From positions 36,349 to 100,348 of the IMG/VR virus record IMGVR_UViG_3300002498_000005: DNA of 64,000 nucleotides. One strand, given 5' to 3'. The position numbers were made by a program, and so were the translations under genes. Each line of letters starts with the position of its first letter. Positions within the stretch are counted from its first letter, which is position 1. The notes beneath the pieces were generated by a model. That model was not told the DNA's origin and did no database searches. It worked only from the letters and a program-made list of their open reading frames with translations. The stretch is from a virus. Below are positions 19,360-30,552 of the stretch, piece after piece.

Positions 19360-20697
19360 ATGAATAAAATGATAAAGTCTACTTTAATTATTAACAATAT
19401 TTCCTATAAAATAATTGGAGATTATAAAAATAAATATGAAAAAGTGATAATTGAAGATGATGATGGCTATAAATATTATATCTCCACGTATAGCATAATT
19501 CATAACCCAAACAAGCCAAGAATTTTTACTAAAAGCAATCCTTTCACGATATATAATATTAATCGTTGGCTCAATATTAATAACAAACAAATTGAATTAA
19601 TTAGTGATAAATATATAAATACTCACGATATGTTAACGTTTAAATGTTTAAGTCCAAATTGTTTATCTATTTTTAATAATAGTTGGAGTAATGTGTATAG
19701 AGGGGTTGGGTGTCCTTATTGCAACGGTAAAAAAGTGAATGTTACGAATTGTTTAGCCACCATTAATCCAGAATTGGCGTTAGAATGGCATCCAGTAAAA
19801 AATGGAGATTTAACTCCATATAATGTTACGGCAAGAAACACCAGAAATGTTTGGTGGGTTTGTAAAAATGGACATGAGTGGGTTAGTTCAATTTATAACA
19901 GGGATAACGGGTCTGGGTGCCCATGTTGTTTTGGAGTAAAAGCGACAACGGAAAACAATTTGTTTGTTAATAATTTTAAATTATGTGAAGAGTGGGATTA
20001 TAACAAAAACGCTAAATCTCCAGAAGATTATACCCCAAATTCTGGGCATAAAGTTTGGTGGAAGTGTAGTATTTGTAATCGAAGTTGGCAAGCTGTTATT
20101 AGGGACAGAAATTCTTCGCATTATGGTTGTCCATATTGTTCTGGAAAGCTTCCAACTGAAGAATATAATTTATTGGTTTTATATCCAGATATTTGTGCAG
20201 AATGGGATTATTTAAAAAATTTAAAGTCTCCCGAAACATATCTGCCACATTCAAAGGAGCATGTATGGTGGACATGTAAAAATAATCATCATTATAAGGC
20301 TCAAATTTCTAATAGAGTGTATGGCACAGGATGCCCTATATGTAAACAATCTAAAGGAGAATTAACAATTCAAAATTGGTTGTTAAATAATAAATTTTAT
20401 TTTGAACCAGAATTTTCTTTTGATGGGTTAATCGGCGATGCTAGGTATCCATTACGTTTTGATTTTGCTATATTTAATGATGAAGAAAAAACAAGTTTAA
20501 ATTGTTTGATTGAATATGACGGGGAATTTCATTTTAAACAATATTTTAAAGAACAAAATTATCGAAAAATGCAAAGATATGATAAAAAGAAAAATGAATA
20601 TTGCGTTAAACATCATATCCAATTACTTCGTATCCCATATTGGGACTTTAATAATATTGAAGAAATTTTAAGTAGGGAGTTGATGTTTAAAAAATGA
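19360..20697 (+). CDS. Zn-ribbon-repeat (DUF4379-like) homing endonuclease with PD-(D/E)XK/Vsr-like C-terminus
   Basis: Repeated EW....N...P...VWWxC..H...GCPxC; RFDF..IEYDGEFH..LLRIPYW. Confidence 0.8.
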   Translation: MNKMIKSTLIINNISYKIIGDYKNKYEKVIIEDDDGYKYYISTYSIIHNPNKPRIFTKSNPFTIYNINRWLNINNKQIELISDKYINTHDMLTFKCLSPNCLSIFNNSWSNVYRGVGCPYCNGKKVNVTNCLATINPELALEWHPVKNGDLTPYNVTARNTRNVWWVCKNGHEWVSSIYNRDNGSGCPCCFGVKATTENNLFVNNFKLCEEWDYNKNAKSPEDYTPNSGHKVWWKCSICNRSWQAVIRDRNSSHYGCPYCSGKLPTEEYNLLVLYPDICAEWDYLKNLKSPETYLPHSKEHVWWTCKNNHHYKAQISNRVYGTGCPICKQSKGELTIQNWLLNNKFYFEPEFSFDGLIGDARYPLRFDFAIFNDEEKTSLNCLIEYDGEFHFKQYFKEQNYRKMQRYDKKKNEYCVKHHIQLLRIPYWDFNNIEEILSRELMFKK

Positions 20698-21242
20698 CTG
20701 AAGATGGTTACAATAAATTTACTGGGTTTTCAAACCTCCCATATAACATTATTAGTAATCTAATTTTGAATGACGAGGAAATCTGGAAATTACTTAATTT
20801 CCCTACAAATGATGCGTTGGCGCAACCCAATTTAACATTGGCTCAAAAGGGAGCGTTAATTTATAAAGGGCAAGAAGATTCAACGCTATTTCGTGTTTTT
20901 ACTACTCCGTTTGTTGATGATGCCTTTGAAGCAAGGCAAACTCATTTACACATATACCCAGTTAAGGTATATCCAGAAAATTATGTAATGGGCGTGGTTG
21001 ATTTTGCAATTGATATAATATGTCATAATAAAATTGCGATTTTATCTAATGCATCAAATAGGTTGGACGTTATGTTTGAGCATATAATGAAAGCACTTAA
21101 CGGTAGCGATATTGAAAGTGTTGGCACTTTATATTTTAATGCAGACAGACAGCATTCGGGAAGCGTAAGTAAACTTATGAGGGTTAATAATTTCTATACT
21201 GGCTATAGAATTATAATGAGTGTGAATTATGCAAATAGCTGA
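20694..21242 (+). CDS. Tail terminator/completion protein (YomW-like)
   Basis: Synteny and size. Confidence 0.55.
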   Translation: MTEDGYNKFTGFSNLPYNIISNLILNDEEIWKLLNFPTNDALAQPNLTLAQKGALIYKGQEDSTLFRVFTTPFVDDAFEARQTHLHIYPVKVYPENYVMGVVDFAIDIICHNKIAILSNASNRLDVMFEHIMKALNGSDIESVGTLYFNADRQHSGSVSKLMRVNNFYTGYRIIMSVNYANS

Positions 21243-22116
21243 AAATAATAGTGTGCTTGAAAAATATTATAATTATAACAATGATATTTGGGGAATGCCA
21301 CAGAAGTATAAAAACATATTGTTTTATCCACTGATGATTAATCAGCGAGAAGAATATGAAAATTTTTATACTTTATTTACGTTTAATAAAGACCAAATAC
21401 CAGATAAAAATATTGGTAAAATGTCTTATCTTAAATTTCTTATTTGTATTTTGCCCAATGTTTATAGGACAGATATAAAAAATATTTTAATCGATTTTTT
21501 GAAAATAATAACTAAAACAGATAATGTTGAAATTTTTGATAATCAGAGCGACGAAGATAAACTGGCTATAGCCAGTTTTTTTTCAATGGTTTCCGAAGAA
21601 GAAATCAATGAGAATAATATACATTATGAATTTTTCACTTTGGAACAATTAAATAAACTTAAGTTTTTTATACAAATTGGTGATTCTAAATTTTCAGAAT
21701 ATGATTTTGATGTCATCCGAGAAATTATTTTAAAACAGTATGATTTAGATTTAGATTATATCCGTGCTTTTGATGCTACCTTGGAAGAGAACTTAAGGAT
21801 TTTACATAGGGGTAATGACGTTACATTTGAAGAACATATATTTGCTTTTAGTGCTTTAATGAAAATCCCAATATGTGAAATAAAAAATATGTTTACAATC
21901 TATCAATTCAATAAAACCATTGAAAGATTGCATATTATAGAAGATTATGAATCTATGAAAGGGTTAGAAAGTGCGGGTTTTATTAAATTTAAAAAAGGAG
22001 AAGTCGCACATTGGCTTTCTCACGTTCCGAAAAAAGGAAGATATGGTGATCTTCTAATCAAAAAAGAAGACTTTATAAAAGATAGTGATATTTTTAAAGC
22101 TTCAGAATCTAAATAA
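21229..22116 (+). CDS. Tail assembly protein (YomV-like)
   Basis: Synteny; MFTIYQF...HWLSH motif. Confidence 0.5.
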   Translation: MQIAENNSVLEKYYNYNNDIWGMPQKYKNILFYPLMINQREEYENFYTLFTFNKDQIPDKNIGKMSYLKFLICILPNVYRTDIKNILIDFLKIITKTDNVEIFDNQSDEDKLAIASFFSMVSEEEINENNIHYEFFTLEQLNKLKFFIQIGDSKFSEYDFDVIREIILKQYDLDLDYIRAFDATLEENLRILHRGNDVTFEEHIFAFSALMKIPICEIKNMFTIYQFNKTIERLHIIEDYESMKGLESAGFIKFKKGEVAHWLSHVPKKGRYGDLLIKKEDFIKDSDIFKASESK

Positions 22117-22141
22117 AATTTTAAAGGGAGTATGATATAAT

Positions 22142-23173
22142 ATGGCTGATAATACATTTTTAGTATCCGTTGCAAATGTTTTGGCATTAAACCCAACTAC
22201 AAATGCAGCACTTTTTTACGGTAAAGCAAATCTTAACAGTGCTTTTACTCTAGCTATGCAAGCTACAGATGTAAGAGGAGGCATAAATAACCCTCGACTC
22301 TTTCAATTTGTCCATGATAGAGATTTAACTGTTTCAATTGAATCTGCAACTTTTGGTAAAGATATCCTTGCGCTTAATGTTGGTTCTACTATTGTAAATG
22401 GTTCGTTAAATGTGTGGAAGTCTGAGTGTGTCACTTTGGCTACAAACGTAGGAACTGTAACGGAAACTCCGATTGGTACTGTCAATGTCCAAAAGGCAGA
22501 TGGAACTTGGGCTGTTGTAACTCCGTCAAGTAAGACAATTACTGTTAGTGGCGGAGGCGATACTAGTGTTTGGGTGCATTATCTATATGCTGACACAGTT
22601 GATCGCATTACAATTGGTACAACTACTCCTCCTAATGTTGTTAAATTAGTATTTACAGCAGAAGTTAGAACACAAGCTGGCGGCGTCGTTGAGTATCTAC
22701 AGATTGAAGTTCCATATTTCCAAGTTGATGGTAATTATGAACTTGCTCTTGCATCAGATGGAGTTAGTACAGAGAAAATTACTGGTACTGCACTTAATGT
22801 TAATAGTACAACATGTGCAAATGGAGATTACTATGCATATGTTTCATGGATACCAAATACAGCAACAGCTATTCCTTATGCTGATATTTTCGTTACACCA
22901 AACGTATTCGAGCCTGATGCGGGAGTTCTTGCAACTCAGCAATTGACGGTAATGGGGGTACGTGGCGGTACTTATGCTAATGTAAATATTACTTCACTTT
23001 GTACTTTTGCGAAGAATGTCGCTGGCGACGCAGACATTTCTGTTGGCGCGTCAACTGGGTTAATTTCCGTAGCTGCAACATCAACGGCGGCAGACACAGC
23101 AGTAATTACGGCAACTTATACAGACGGAACCGTTACATTAACAGATGATTGCATCGTTACTGTACAAGCATAA
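22142..23173 (+). CDS. Major tail tube protein with C-terminal Ig-like domain
   Basis: DVRGGINN motif, Thr/Ala-rich, followed by a terminator. Confidence 0.75.
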   Translation: MADNTFLVSVANVLALNPTTNAALFYGKANLNSAFTLAMQATDVRGGINNPRLFQFVHDRDLTVSIESATFGKDILALNVGSTIVNGSLNVWKSECVTLATNVGTVTETPIGTVNVQKADGTWAVVTPSSKTITVSGGGDTSVWVHYLYADTVDRITIGTTTPPNVVKLVFTAEVRTQAGGVVEYLQIEVPYFQVDGNYELALASDGVSTEKITGTALNVNSTTCANGDYYAYVSWIPNTATAIPYADIFVTPNVFEPDAGVLATQQLTVMGVRGGTYANVNITSLCTFAKNVAGDADISVGASTGLISVAATSTAADTAVITATYTDGTVTLTDDCIVTVQA

Positions 23174-23201
23174 CAATTTTATACTATTAATTACTAGCGA
23201 T

Positions 23202-23237
23202 TTGAGGGGAGTGTATTTTATAATGCACTCCTCTTAA
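23202..23237 (+). terminator. Terminator hairpin after the tail tube gene
   Basis: GAGGGGAGTGTATT/AATGCACTCCTCTT stem. Confidence 0.55.
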
Positions 23238-23314
23238 ATATTACTTAGACAAATCTCAGAGCTTAAATAATAAATTCTGATTAAATATATTTTAAAAAAT
23301 AATGGGGTGAAAGC

Positions 23315-23581
23315 ATGGCAGATGAAAATAAGATTGAAGTTGAAGAAATAACTTCTGAGCTAATAAAAAAACAATCAGTTTCCAAACCATATAAGCCTAA
23401 ATCTACAAAACAAATTTGTAACGTAATAAATAAAACAGATAGAAGATTCGCAATCGATTTTAATGGTTGTGGCATTGGTTTTATAGATAAAACTCCTAAT
23501 AAAACTTCACAAGTTGAAGTTTCTTACATTGGAGAATTCGGAACCAAATCATTTAAAATCGAATCATATAAATTTATTTAA
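23315..23581 (+). CDS. Hypothetical tail-module protein
   Basis: GGGGTG RBS. Confidence 0.6.
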   Translation: MADENKIEVEEITSELIKKQSVSKPYKPKSTKQICNVINKTDRRFAIDFNGCGIGFIDKTPNKTSQVEVSYIGEFGTKSFKIESYKFI

Positions 23582-23599
23582 CAAGGATGGTGTTTAAAT

Positions 23600-23938
23600 T
23601 TGGTTAAGACAATTCACACATTTCATGATGCTATAGTAGCTACTGGGGATGGTACCACATTAAAATTAAATTTTGATATGTCTCCAGAAGCAGTTTTAGT
23701 ATTTGCTATTACTGGGACGGCAACTGCAAGGACTGTAGACTTTAAAGCATTAGATACCAATGGGAAATATACTGATCTTTTATGCACAAATCTTAAGGCT
23801 GGTACTACGGCAGTTAAATCTACGGCGACGACTGATGATGTTTGGAAAGTTGCGGTGGCTGGTTTAGCGGGCGTACAATGTGTCGTATCTGCTGTTTCTG
23901 GCGGGAATCTTACCGTGACGGGTAAACTTGTTATCTAA
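23600..23938 (+). CDS. Small beta-rich virion protein (YomS-like)
   Basis: TFHDA..ATGDG..ITGTATARTVDF..VSGGNLTVTG. Confidence 0.6.
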   Translation: MVKTIHTFHDAIVATGDGTTLKLNFDMSPEAVLVFAITGTATARTVDFKALDTNGKYTDLLCTNLKAGTTAVKSTATTDDVWKVAVAGLAGVQCVVSAVSGGNLTVTGKLVI

Positions 23939-23966
23939 TTAAAATACATATTTTATCACACAAAAG

Positions 23967-24014
23967 ACACTACATATTGTGGTTGAACAATGGTCTTACC
24001 ACCATATATAGTAT
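23967..24014. promoter_or_regulatory. Tandem NrdR boxes
   Basis: ACACTACATATTGTGG and CCACCATATATAGTAT, starts 32 bp apart. Confidence 0.75.
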
Positions 24015-24045
24015 GCTTAAAACCAAAGTAAAGGAAAATTGAAAA

Positions 24046-24327
24046 ATGAATAACGATTACATCTGGACAACTACGGACATTAATCATGTGGCTTATTTGA
24101 TTTCCGTCGGTGGATTTAAAATCCAAGACTTTCATAAAGAAAATAAAAACGGCAAAGAAGTCGTAAGTTTTGTATTTTATGAATCCGAGACCACAATTAA
24201 CAATGAACTAAGAAACTATATTAATAGTGAAATCGCTAAATTTAATCAATCAAAAAATGAACTCCTTTCTCTTATCAGGCAAAATAAATTAACTAAAGAA
24301 GAAATGCTAGGTAAAGTCAATGGGTAG
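24046..24327 (+). CDS. DUF5659-like small protein
   Basis: TTDINHVAYLISVG..F.F pattern; overlaps the recombinase start. Confidence 0.55.
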   Translation: MNNDYIWTTTDINHVAYLISVGGFKIQDFHKENKNGKEVVSFVFYESETTINNELRNYINSEIAKFNQSKNELLSLIRQNKLTKEEMLGKVNG

Positions 24328-25348
24328 ATCGTCAGTTTATAATAGCATAACCTCCGATGAAACATGGGAAGCGGTTAATAAAAAAAATAAGAGTTTATTG
24401 AATGAATTTATTGATTATTTGCGGTCTACTGATAAATCTGCATTAACTATTGTTAATTATGAAAGCGATTTAAAGATTATATTTACGTGGTGTGCGCTTG
24501 AAAATGATAACAAATTTTTCGTTGAATTTACAAAAAGGGATATAATTAAATGTCAAAATTATTTACTCAATGAGATGAAACTTGGGTCTAGCCGTATCAG
24601 ACGTATGAAAAGTAGTATGTCTAGTTTATCGGGTTATATTGAAAATATTTTGGACGAAGATTTTCCAGAATTTAGAAATATTATAAATAAAATACCTCAC
24701 CCCGCTCCTAATGAAGTACGTGAAAAAACTATAATGTCAGAAAAAGATGTGGATAAATTACTGAATTACTTAGTTGAACATAAAGAGTATCAGAAAGCGT
24801 GTGCGGTTGCATTGGCTGTTTGTAGTGGAGCAAGAAAAGCTGAGTTGCTTCGATTTAAAGCATCTTATTTTATTGATGAAAATATTATATACGGTTCACT
24901 TTATAAAACTCCAGAAAAGATAAAAACGAAAGGGCACGGAGTCGCAGGTAAAAAAATCTTCAAGTACGTTCTTATGAACAGGTTTCAATTATATTTTGAT
25001 TTATGGGTGAAAGAAAGAGAAGAGCTTGGCGTTAATATCGATGACTTGTTTATCAATAATGAAGACGATCAATATGTATGTGCGAGTATATCTATGTTAA
25101 ATAGTTGGGCTAATTCATTTTCGAAAATAATTGAATTAGATTTTTATTGGCATTCATGCCGACATTTTTTTACAACATATCTTTCAAAGGCTAATGTTCC
25201 CGCCGAGATTATAAAGGAAATATCTGGGTGGTCGTCCATAGATATGGTATCAAGATACGACGATACTGAAGTAGACGAATCTTTAGGCAAGTATTTTAAT
25301 GCTAATGGCATTAAAAATACAGAATCTAAATCATTAAGTGATTTATAA
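24320..25348 (+). CDS. Tyrosine recombinase (XerD-like; SPbeta YomM position)
   Basis: SAM-like N-domain; catalytic R (GARKAE), K (KTKG), HSCRH, GW, Y (SRYD) all intact. Confidence 0.9.
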   Translation: MGRSSVYNSITSDETWEAVNKKNKSLLNEFIDYLRSTDKSALTIVNYESDLKIIFTWCALENDNKFFVEFTKRDIIKCQNYLLNEMKLGSSRIRRMKSSMSSLSGYIENILDEDFPEFRNIINKIPHPAPNEVREKTIMSEKDVDKLLNYLVEHKEYQKACAVALAVCSGARKAELLRFKASYFIDENIIYGSLYKTPEKIKTKGHGVAGKKIFKYVLMNRFQLYFDLWVKEREELGVNIDDLFINNEDDQYVCASISMLNSWANSFSKIIELDFYWHSCRHFFTTYLSKANVPAEIIKEISGWSSIDMVSRYDDTEVDESLGKYFNANGIKNTESKSLSDL

Positions 25349-25448
25349 ATATTGCGAGGTGCAAACCTCGTTGATATAAAAGTGCCATTTTATTCATTCG
25401 CTGAGTAGGGTGGCACTTTACTTTAATTAAAAATTGAGGAGAATAAGA

Positions 25449-25922
25449 ATGATAGAAAAATATATAAACTATGTTCCTGTTTCAGAAAAAATAGCCTTGG
25501 CTCAAAAAATATCCGCAGTTGTCGTTGATGATCTAGGTATAATAAATAAAAATAGCTTGAAGATATGCTCAACCTGCCTATTTGTTGGAGCCTATGTCGA
25601 AGATAAAGAATTTACTACAAATGATTATGATTATATAAAACAAAATAGGCTTGATAATGAGTTACGCGAAAAATTAGACGCAAAAGAAATAAAAGAATGG
25701 GAAATCGTTTTAGACAATGAAATTAATTTAGTTGCTATGCAACGTAAAATGCAAAGCACAAATGTTATGAAATCTATAACTTCTTTACTGAGTTCTCTTG
25801 AGACAAAAGTTAATTCTACAAACTTTGACAAGGCAATGAAAGAAGTTAATAAAATAATTGACAACCCAGATAGGTTAAGCAAATTTAAAGAGCTACAGGA
25901 AGTAGCTAAAAAATTATCATGA
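25449..25922 (+). CDS. Hypothetical protein (possible tail assembly chaperone)
   Basis: Upstream of the TMP; YVPVSEK motif. Confidence 0.55.
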   Translation: MIEKYINYVPVSEKIALAQKISAVVVDDLGIINKNSLKICSTCLFVGAYVEDKEFTTNDYDYIKQNRLDNELREKLDAKEIKEWEIVLDNEINLVAMQRKMQSTNVMKSITSLLSSLETKVNSTNFDKAMKEVNKIIDNPDRLSKFKELQEVAKKLS

Positions 25923-26440
25923 AAAACATAACTACTGGTAACTATCGTAGCTATAAAGATTTAGTTTCGGTTATTCATACCTATATTAATGCTGATATGG
26001 CTCCTATTTTACAACAAGTAGCTGAAGATATACACCAAACATTATTCGATTTTATTAAAGATAATTGGTATTGGGATAGACCTACTACTGAGTATTACGA
26101 TAGAACGTATGAAGTTATTAATTCTATCACAATAAGCAAGATTAAAACCGTGGGAGGCGGAAGAGAAGTCTCTATTTATTTTGATGATTCTAAAATTAAC
26201 TCCAATCAAGGCGAAGCTGGGAAATGGGATCAACATATGTCTATGGATGGATCGACTTCTTGGGGCGGAATGTCAATTGGAGAATGGGTTGTGCAATGGA
26301 TGGATATGGGACAAAATTCGCAATTCTCTTCCTATAGTGGCATTCATTTTATAAAGAATATCACGGATAATAAAAAACAATTTATAGCAGAAATAAATAA
26401 TCTTTTACAGGCAAAGGGATATATGTGCGTAGTTAAATAG
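25919..26440 (+). CDS. Hypothetical tail protein
   Basis: PTTEYYDRTY motif; directly before the TMP. Confidence 0.55.
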   Translation: MKNITTGNYRSYKDLVSVIHTYINADMAPILQQVAEDIHQTLFDFIKDNWYWDRPTTEYYDRTYEVINSITISKIKTVGGGREVSIYFDDSKINSNQGEAGKWDQHMSMDGSTSWGGMSIGEWVVQWMDMGQNSQFSSYSGIHFIKNITDNKKQFIAEINNLLQAKGYMCVVK

Positions 26441-26454
26441 AGGGGGGTGATTGA

Positions 26455-29400
26455 ATGGCTTTAGCAGATGGTGGAATTGGCATTATTCTTAGTTGCCAGT
26501 TATCCCCCACAGATATTAGTAAAATCCAATCGCAGATAAATTCACTCCAAAATTCAATAAACAAAAAACCAATTAATGTTTTGGGCAATAGCGCGTCTGC
26601 CAAGAGTGCAACGCAAAATCTTGATCAATATGGGAATACTTTAAATAATGTTAAAGACAAGGTAGAAAAAACAAGTAAAAGTGTAAAAAACGCTGGAAAC
26701 AACGTACAAGATTTTAGTAAAAAAATTAAGGGCGTAGGGCAAGTAACAGACGAATTTGGACAGGGATTAACAAATATTATCGGCAAATTTGCCAAATGGT
26801 ACCTTATTGCGGGCGTAGTTACTACCGTAATAGGTGGCATAACTGGGGTAGTTGGAGTTGTAAAAGACTTAAATGACGCAATGGTTAATCTACAAATGGC
26901 GACTGGCGGTAATTCCGAACAAGCCCAAGCATTAATGACTAGTTATAATCAGATGGCTAAAGAAGTTGGTGCCACAACGGTTGAAGTAGCTGATTCAGCC
27001 AATTCATTCTTACGTCAAGGTAAGTCTATAGCAGATACTAATACTCTTATTTATGATTCATTAGTGCTTAGTAAGGTCGGTATGTTAAGCTCCTCTGATG
27101 CAACACAGTATCTTACAAGTGCAATGAAGGGGTATAAAGTAAGCGTTGAAGATACAATTGGTATCGTGGATAAATTATCTGCTGTTGATTTAAAGAGTGC
27201 AACAGATGCGGGCGGATTAGCAGAAGCTATGTCAAGAACGGCAAATATTGCTGATACAACTGGCGTATCAATGGATAAATTAATAGGCTATCTAGCCACG
27301 GTCGGGGAAGTCACGCAAAAAAGCATGGACTCTGTGGGAGAAAGCTTCAAAACAATTTTAACTAGAATGCAAAATGTTAAACTTGGTAAGTTTTTAGACG
27401 ACGAAGGCGAAGATATTTCTAATGTAGAAACCGTTTTATCATCTGTGGGCATTAAACTAAGAACCGATAGTAATACGTGGGCAAACTTTGGCGATGTGTT
27501 AGACGAAGTTGGTGGCAAATGGAGTACCTATAGCGGCGTTCAAAAGAGTGCTATAGCAAACGCTTTTGCGGGTGTAAGGCAAGCCGAAAATTTCCTAGTC
27601 CTTATGAACAACTATGGCACCGCTCTTGATTATACTACTGTTGCGGCAAACAGTGCTGGCACCGCACAAGCAAAAATGGCAAACTACGAAAATTCTGTTG
27701 AAGCTGCGACAAAGCGTATGACGGCATCATATGAGGCTTTTTCGTCTGCTCTTTTGAGTTCTGATAGCTACAAAAATGTTTTAAACTTTTTCTCTGGATT
27801 GCTAGATACTTTTACTTATCTTGCCAGCCACTTAGATGTACTTAATGTAGGCTTTTCTATATTATTTGGCGTACTTGGTTTGAAGGCTATTAAAGTTATA
27901 TCTACTATATCAGGACAAATATATGCGCTTGGTGGCGCCGTCAATATGTTAAAAACAACACTTGCTACATTGGCTCCAGCATTAGGGGTAGCCGTTGTTT
28001 TATACGGAATGTCTAAGGCTATAGAAAAAATACAAGAACTTAATGCAAATTATAAGGAATTAAAAGATGAATCATCCAGTTACGTAAAAACATTTTCAGA
28101 TAATAAAGACGCAATTTCTGGCATGATTTCTTCGTTAGAAGGCGTAACAGAGGGTTCTGATGCATATTATAAAATTTCTAATGAATTAGCAAAAGTATTA
28201 CCACAAATTGTTGACTATACTGACGCCGAAGGTAACGCTCATTTAAAAACAAAAGGGTATATAGACGATCACGTAGCATCTATGAGCGAATTAAGCAAAG
28301 CCTATAACGAAACAGTAAAGGTCGATTATGCTGACGAAATTGCAATGTTAGAAACCTTGCAATCAAAGTATGAGGCATTAGGGTTTGCTAAAGCGAATGC
28401 TATTTCTGAAACTTATGGTACTTCTTTTGAAACATCTGGAGCAATACAAGGAAGTATTGAGGTAAGCCCTGAATTAACATATCAGAAAAAATATTTGGAT
28501 TGGCAAGCCACAAAGATTTCAGAGCAAATCAGAGAAAGTTTAGTCACGAAGATGGTACAAGCCTCTGATATTAATGATGGTCTTAAAGATGCGCTAGAAG
28601 AATATTTAACCAAAGCAATTGCTGGGATGGACGTATCAACGGATAAAAACATAAGTACCGTTGGTAGTAAAATGTTAGAGCTTACGAATTTGTTTGCAGA
28701 AGATATGGCGAATAAACCAGTGGCAGAAATAGGTGCTATAGCTTCCAGCACATATGACTTAGCAAAAGCGCTTGATACTGCATCTGCAAGTTATGACGCC
28801 GCATATGCAGCTACACAAAATTTATTTGATATTCAAGAAAAACTTAACGATGCACAAAAATTAACTCCTGAGATTATAGACGATATTATAAAAAAATATC
28901 CTGAGCTCATGGGGGAAATTACAGATTATAAATCAGCACAAAAAGCCGTTAGCGATGAAATCATAAATCAAGAGAGCATTGCCAATCAAGCGTATGCACA
29001 AATGCTCGCGGCAAATGGTAGTTTTGTCCAAGGAGTATTGGCTAATAATTCTTCTCTTACAAATATGTTATCTTCATATTATGGGGTGGATGTAACTAAC
29101 TGGAACGAAGTCGCCAAGACAAAATATGGTGCAGATAGTAGTTTAGTTGGGTTATTAGGCAATTTATGGAGTAAATATTATGGGCAATCTAAAGTAGCAT
29201 TACAAGCTCAATTATTAGGTATGCAAACAGCGTCTGTCATACTTTCTGGGTTAGGGATGAAGGTATCTTCGGATACCGCTCAAAATATTACCGCTATTAA
29301 AACACTTTTAGCTTATTACGATACTGCCCAAAAATCTTTTGGCGGAGCGGCTAAATTTACTCCTACTAAATCTTCTTCATCTAAGGCTGGTTCTAGCAGT

Positions 29401-30549
29401 TCGAGTCCTACCTCTAATACAAAAACTTATATTGATCTACTTAATGAACAATTAAAAAAGCAAGAAGATATTTTAGAGAGCCAAAAAAAGCCCTATGAAG
29501 ATAAGATAGGTTTAATTGATACCGAAATTGATAGACAGAATGATCTATTGGATATTTTAAAACAACAAGCCGAAGAAGTTGATAAACAACTTTCTTTACA
29601 GCAAGCGATAGATAAACTAACTAACATTAAAAAAGAAAAAAACGTAAGGCTTTATAATGGGGCAACTAAGCAATTTGATTGGGTAGCCGATCCGACAACG
29701 GTTGCAGACCAACAGGCAATTGTTGATAATCTGCAAAAAGAATATGATCTTTATCAAAAAGAACAAGCAATTCAAAAAAGGATCGCTGGGCTAGAAGCCG
29801 AAAAAGACGCTCAACAAAATCTTATCGATCAAATCGAGCAAAGACAAAATCAATTAAAAGATTTTGCGTCTGATATGGGATTATTAGATGACGAGGTTCA
29901 AAACAATATCACAAGTTGGAATCAACTTATTGCTGCTTTACAATCTGCTGGTATTGCTTATAGTGACATATCTGGAATGGCTGGCATCAATGTAGGAGTT
30001 TCGGCGGGTGGAACAACGGCGGCGACTTCTTCGTCGGGAGCTTCGTCTTCCAGTGGGTCTTCTAGTGTGGGCAAGGTTTCTACCATATCTAGTACGCTTA
30101 AATCTGGTTCTAAGGGTGAAAACGTAAAAATTCTTCAAAGCGCTTTAAATGCTTTGGGATATAGTGCTGGAACTGTAGATGGTATATTTGGAACAAAAAC
30201 AAAATCAGCAGTTATCGCATTTCAAAAGGCTACGGGAATTAGTGCTGATGGCATTGTAGGGGCTAATACAAAATCTAAGTTTAAACTTAAGGGATACGAT
30301 AAAGGCGGAGGGATTTATGACACAGAACCCATTATGGTTCATGGTAAACCTAATCGCCCAGAATGGATGTATTCTGCACCTAATGTGGAATCTATAATGA
30401 GTAGCTTGCCCACAATTCTTGCTAATATGGCAAAGGGTGGCGGCGGAATAACGATCCAAAACATGACAGTAAAAGCAAATAATCCTAGCGAATTTATGCA
30501 ACAAATGAAAAATGTAAGTTCTTTAGGCGGGTTAGTTTCGAGGAGGTAG
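26455..30549 (+). CDS. Tape measure protein with C-terminal peptidoglycan-binding domain
   Basis: TP901-type core ([12 protein letters not shown]), TM-like segments, coiled coils, [31 protein letters not shown]. Confidence 0.92.
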   Translation: MALADGGIGIILSCQLSPTDISKIQSQINSLQNSINKKPINVLGNSASAKSATQNLDQYGNTLNNVKDKVEKTSKSVKNAGNNVQDFSKKIKGVGQVTDEFGQGLTNIIGKFAKWYLIAGVVTTVIGGITGVVGVVKDLNDAMVNLQMATGGNSEQAQALMTSYNQMAKEVGATTVEVADSANSFLRQGKSIADTNTLIYDSLVLSKVGMLSSSDATQYLTSAMKGYKVSVEDTIGIVDKLSAVDLKSATDAGGLAEAMSRTANIADTTGVSMDKLIGYLATVGEVTQKSMDSVGESFKTILTRMQNVKLGKFLDDEGEDISNVETVLSSVGIKLRTDSNTWANFGDVLDEVGGKWSTYSGVQKSAIANAFAGVRQAENFLVLMNNYGTALDYTTVAANSAGTAQAKMANYENSVEAATKRMTASYEAFSSALLSSDSYKNVLNFFSGLLDTFTYLASHLDVLNVGFSILFGVLGLKAIKVISTISGQIYALGGAVNMLKTTLATLAPALGVAVVLYGMSKAIEKIQELNANYKELKDESSSYVKTFSDNKDAISGMISSLEGVTEGSDAYYKISNELAKVLPQIVDYTDAEGNAHLKTKGYIDDHVASMSELSKAYNETVKVDYADEIAMLETLQSKYEALGFAKANAISETYGTSFETSGAIQGSIEVSPELTYQKKYLDWQATKISEQIRESLVTKMVQASDINDGLKDALEEYLTKAIAGMDVSTDKNISTVGSKMLELTNLFAEDMANKPVAEIGAIASSTYDLAKALDTASASYDAAYAATQNLFDIQEKLNDAQKLTPEIIDDIIKKYPELMGEITDYKSAQKAVSDEIINQESIANQAYAQMLAANGSFVQGVLANNSSLTNMLSSYYGVDVTNWNEVAKTKYGADSSLVGLLGNLWSKYYGQSKVALQAQLLGMQTASVILSGLGMKVSSDTAQNITAIKTLLAYYDTAQKSFGGAAKFTPTKSSSSKAGSSSSSPTSNTKTYIDLLNEQLKKQEDILESQKKPYEDKIGLIDTEIDRQNDLLDILKQQAEEVDKQLSLQQAIDKLTNIKKEKNVRLYNGATKQFDWVADPTTVADQQAIVDNLQKEYDLYQKEQAIQKRIAGLEAEKDAQQNLIDQIEQRQNQLKDFASDMGLLDDEVQNNITSWNQLIAALQSAGIAYSDISGMAGINVGVSAGGTTAATSSSGASSSSGSSSVGKVSTISSTLKSGSKGENVKILQSALNALGYSAGTVDGIFGTKTKSAVIAFQKATGISADGIVGANTKSKFKLKGYDKGGGIYDTEPIMVHGKPNRPEWMYSAPNVESIMSSLPTILANMAKGGGGITIQNMTVKANNPSEFMQQMKNVSSLGGLVSRR

Positions 30550-30552
30550 AAG

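Noticed and set aside
24320-25348. Prophage integrase marking an att boundary
   Set aside because: Phage tail genes continue on both sides and no host genes or att duplication are seen.
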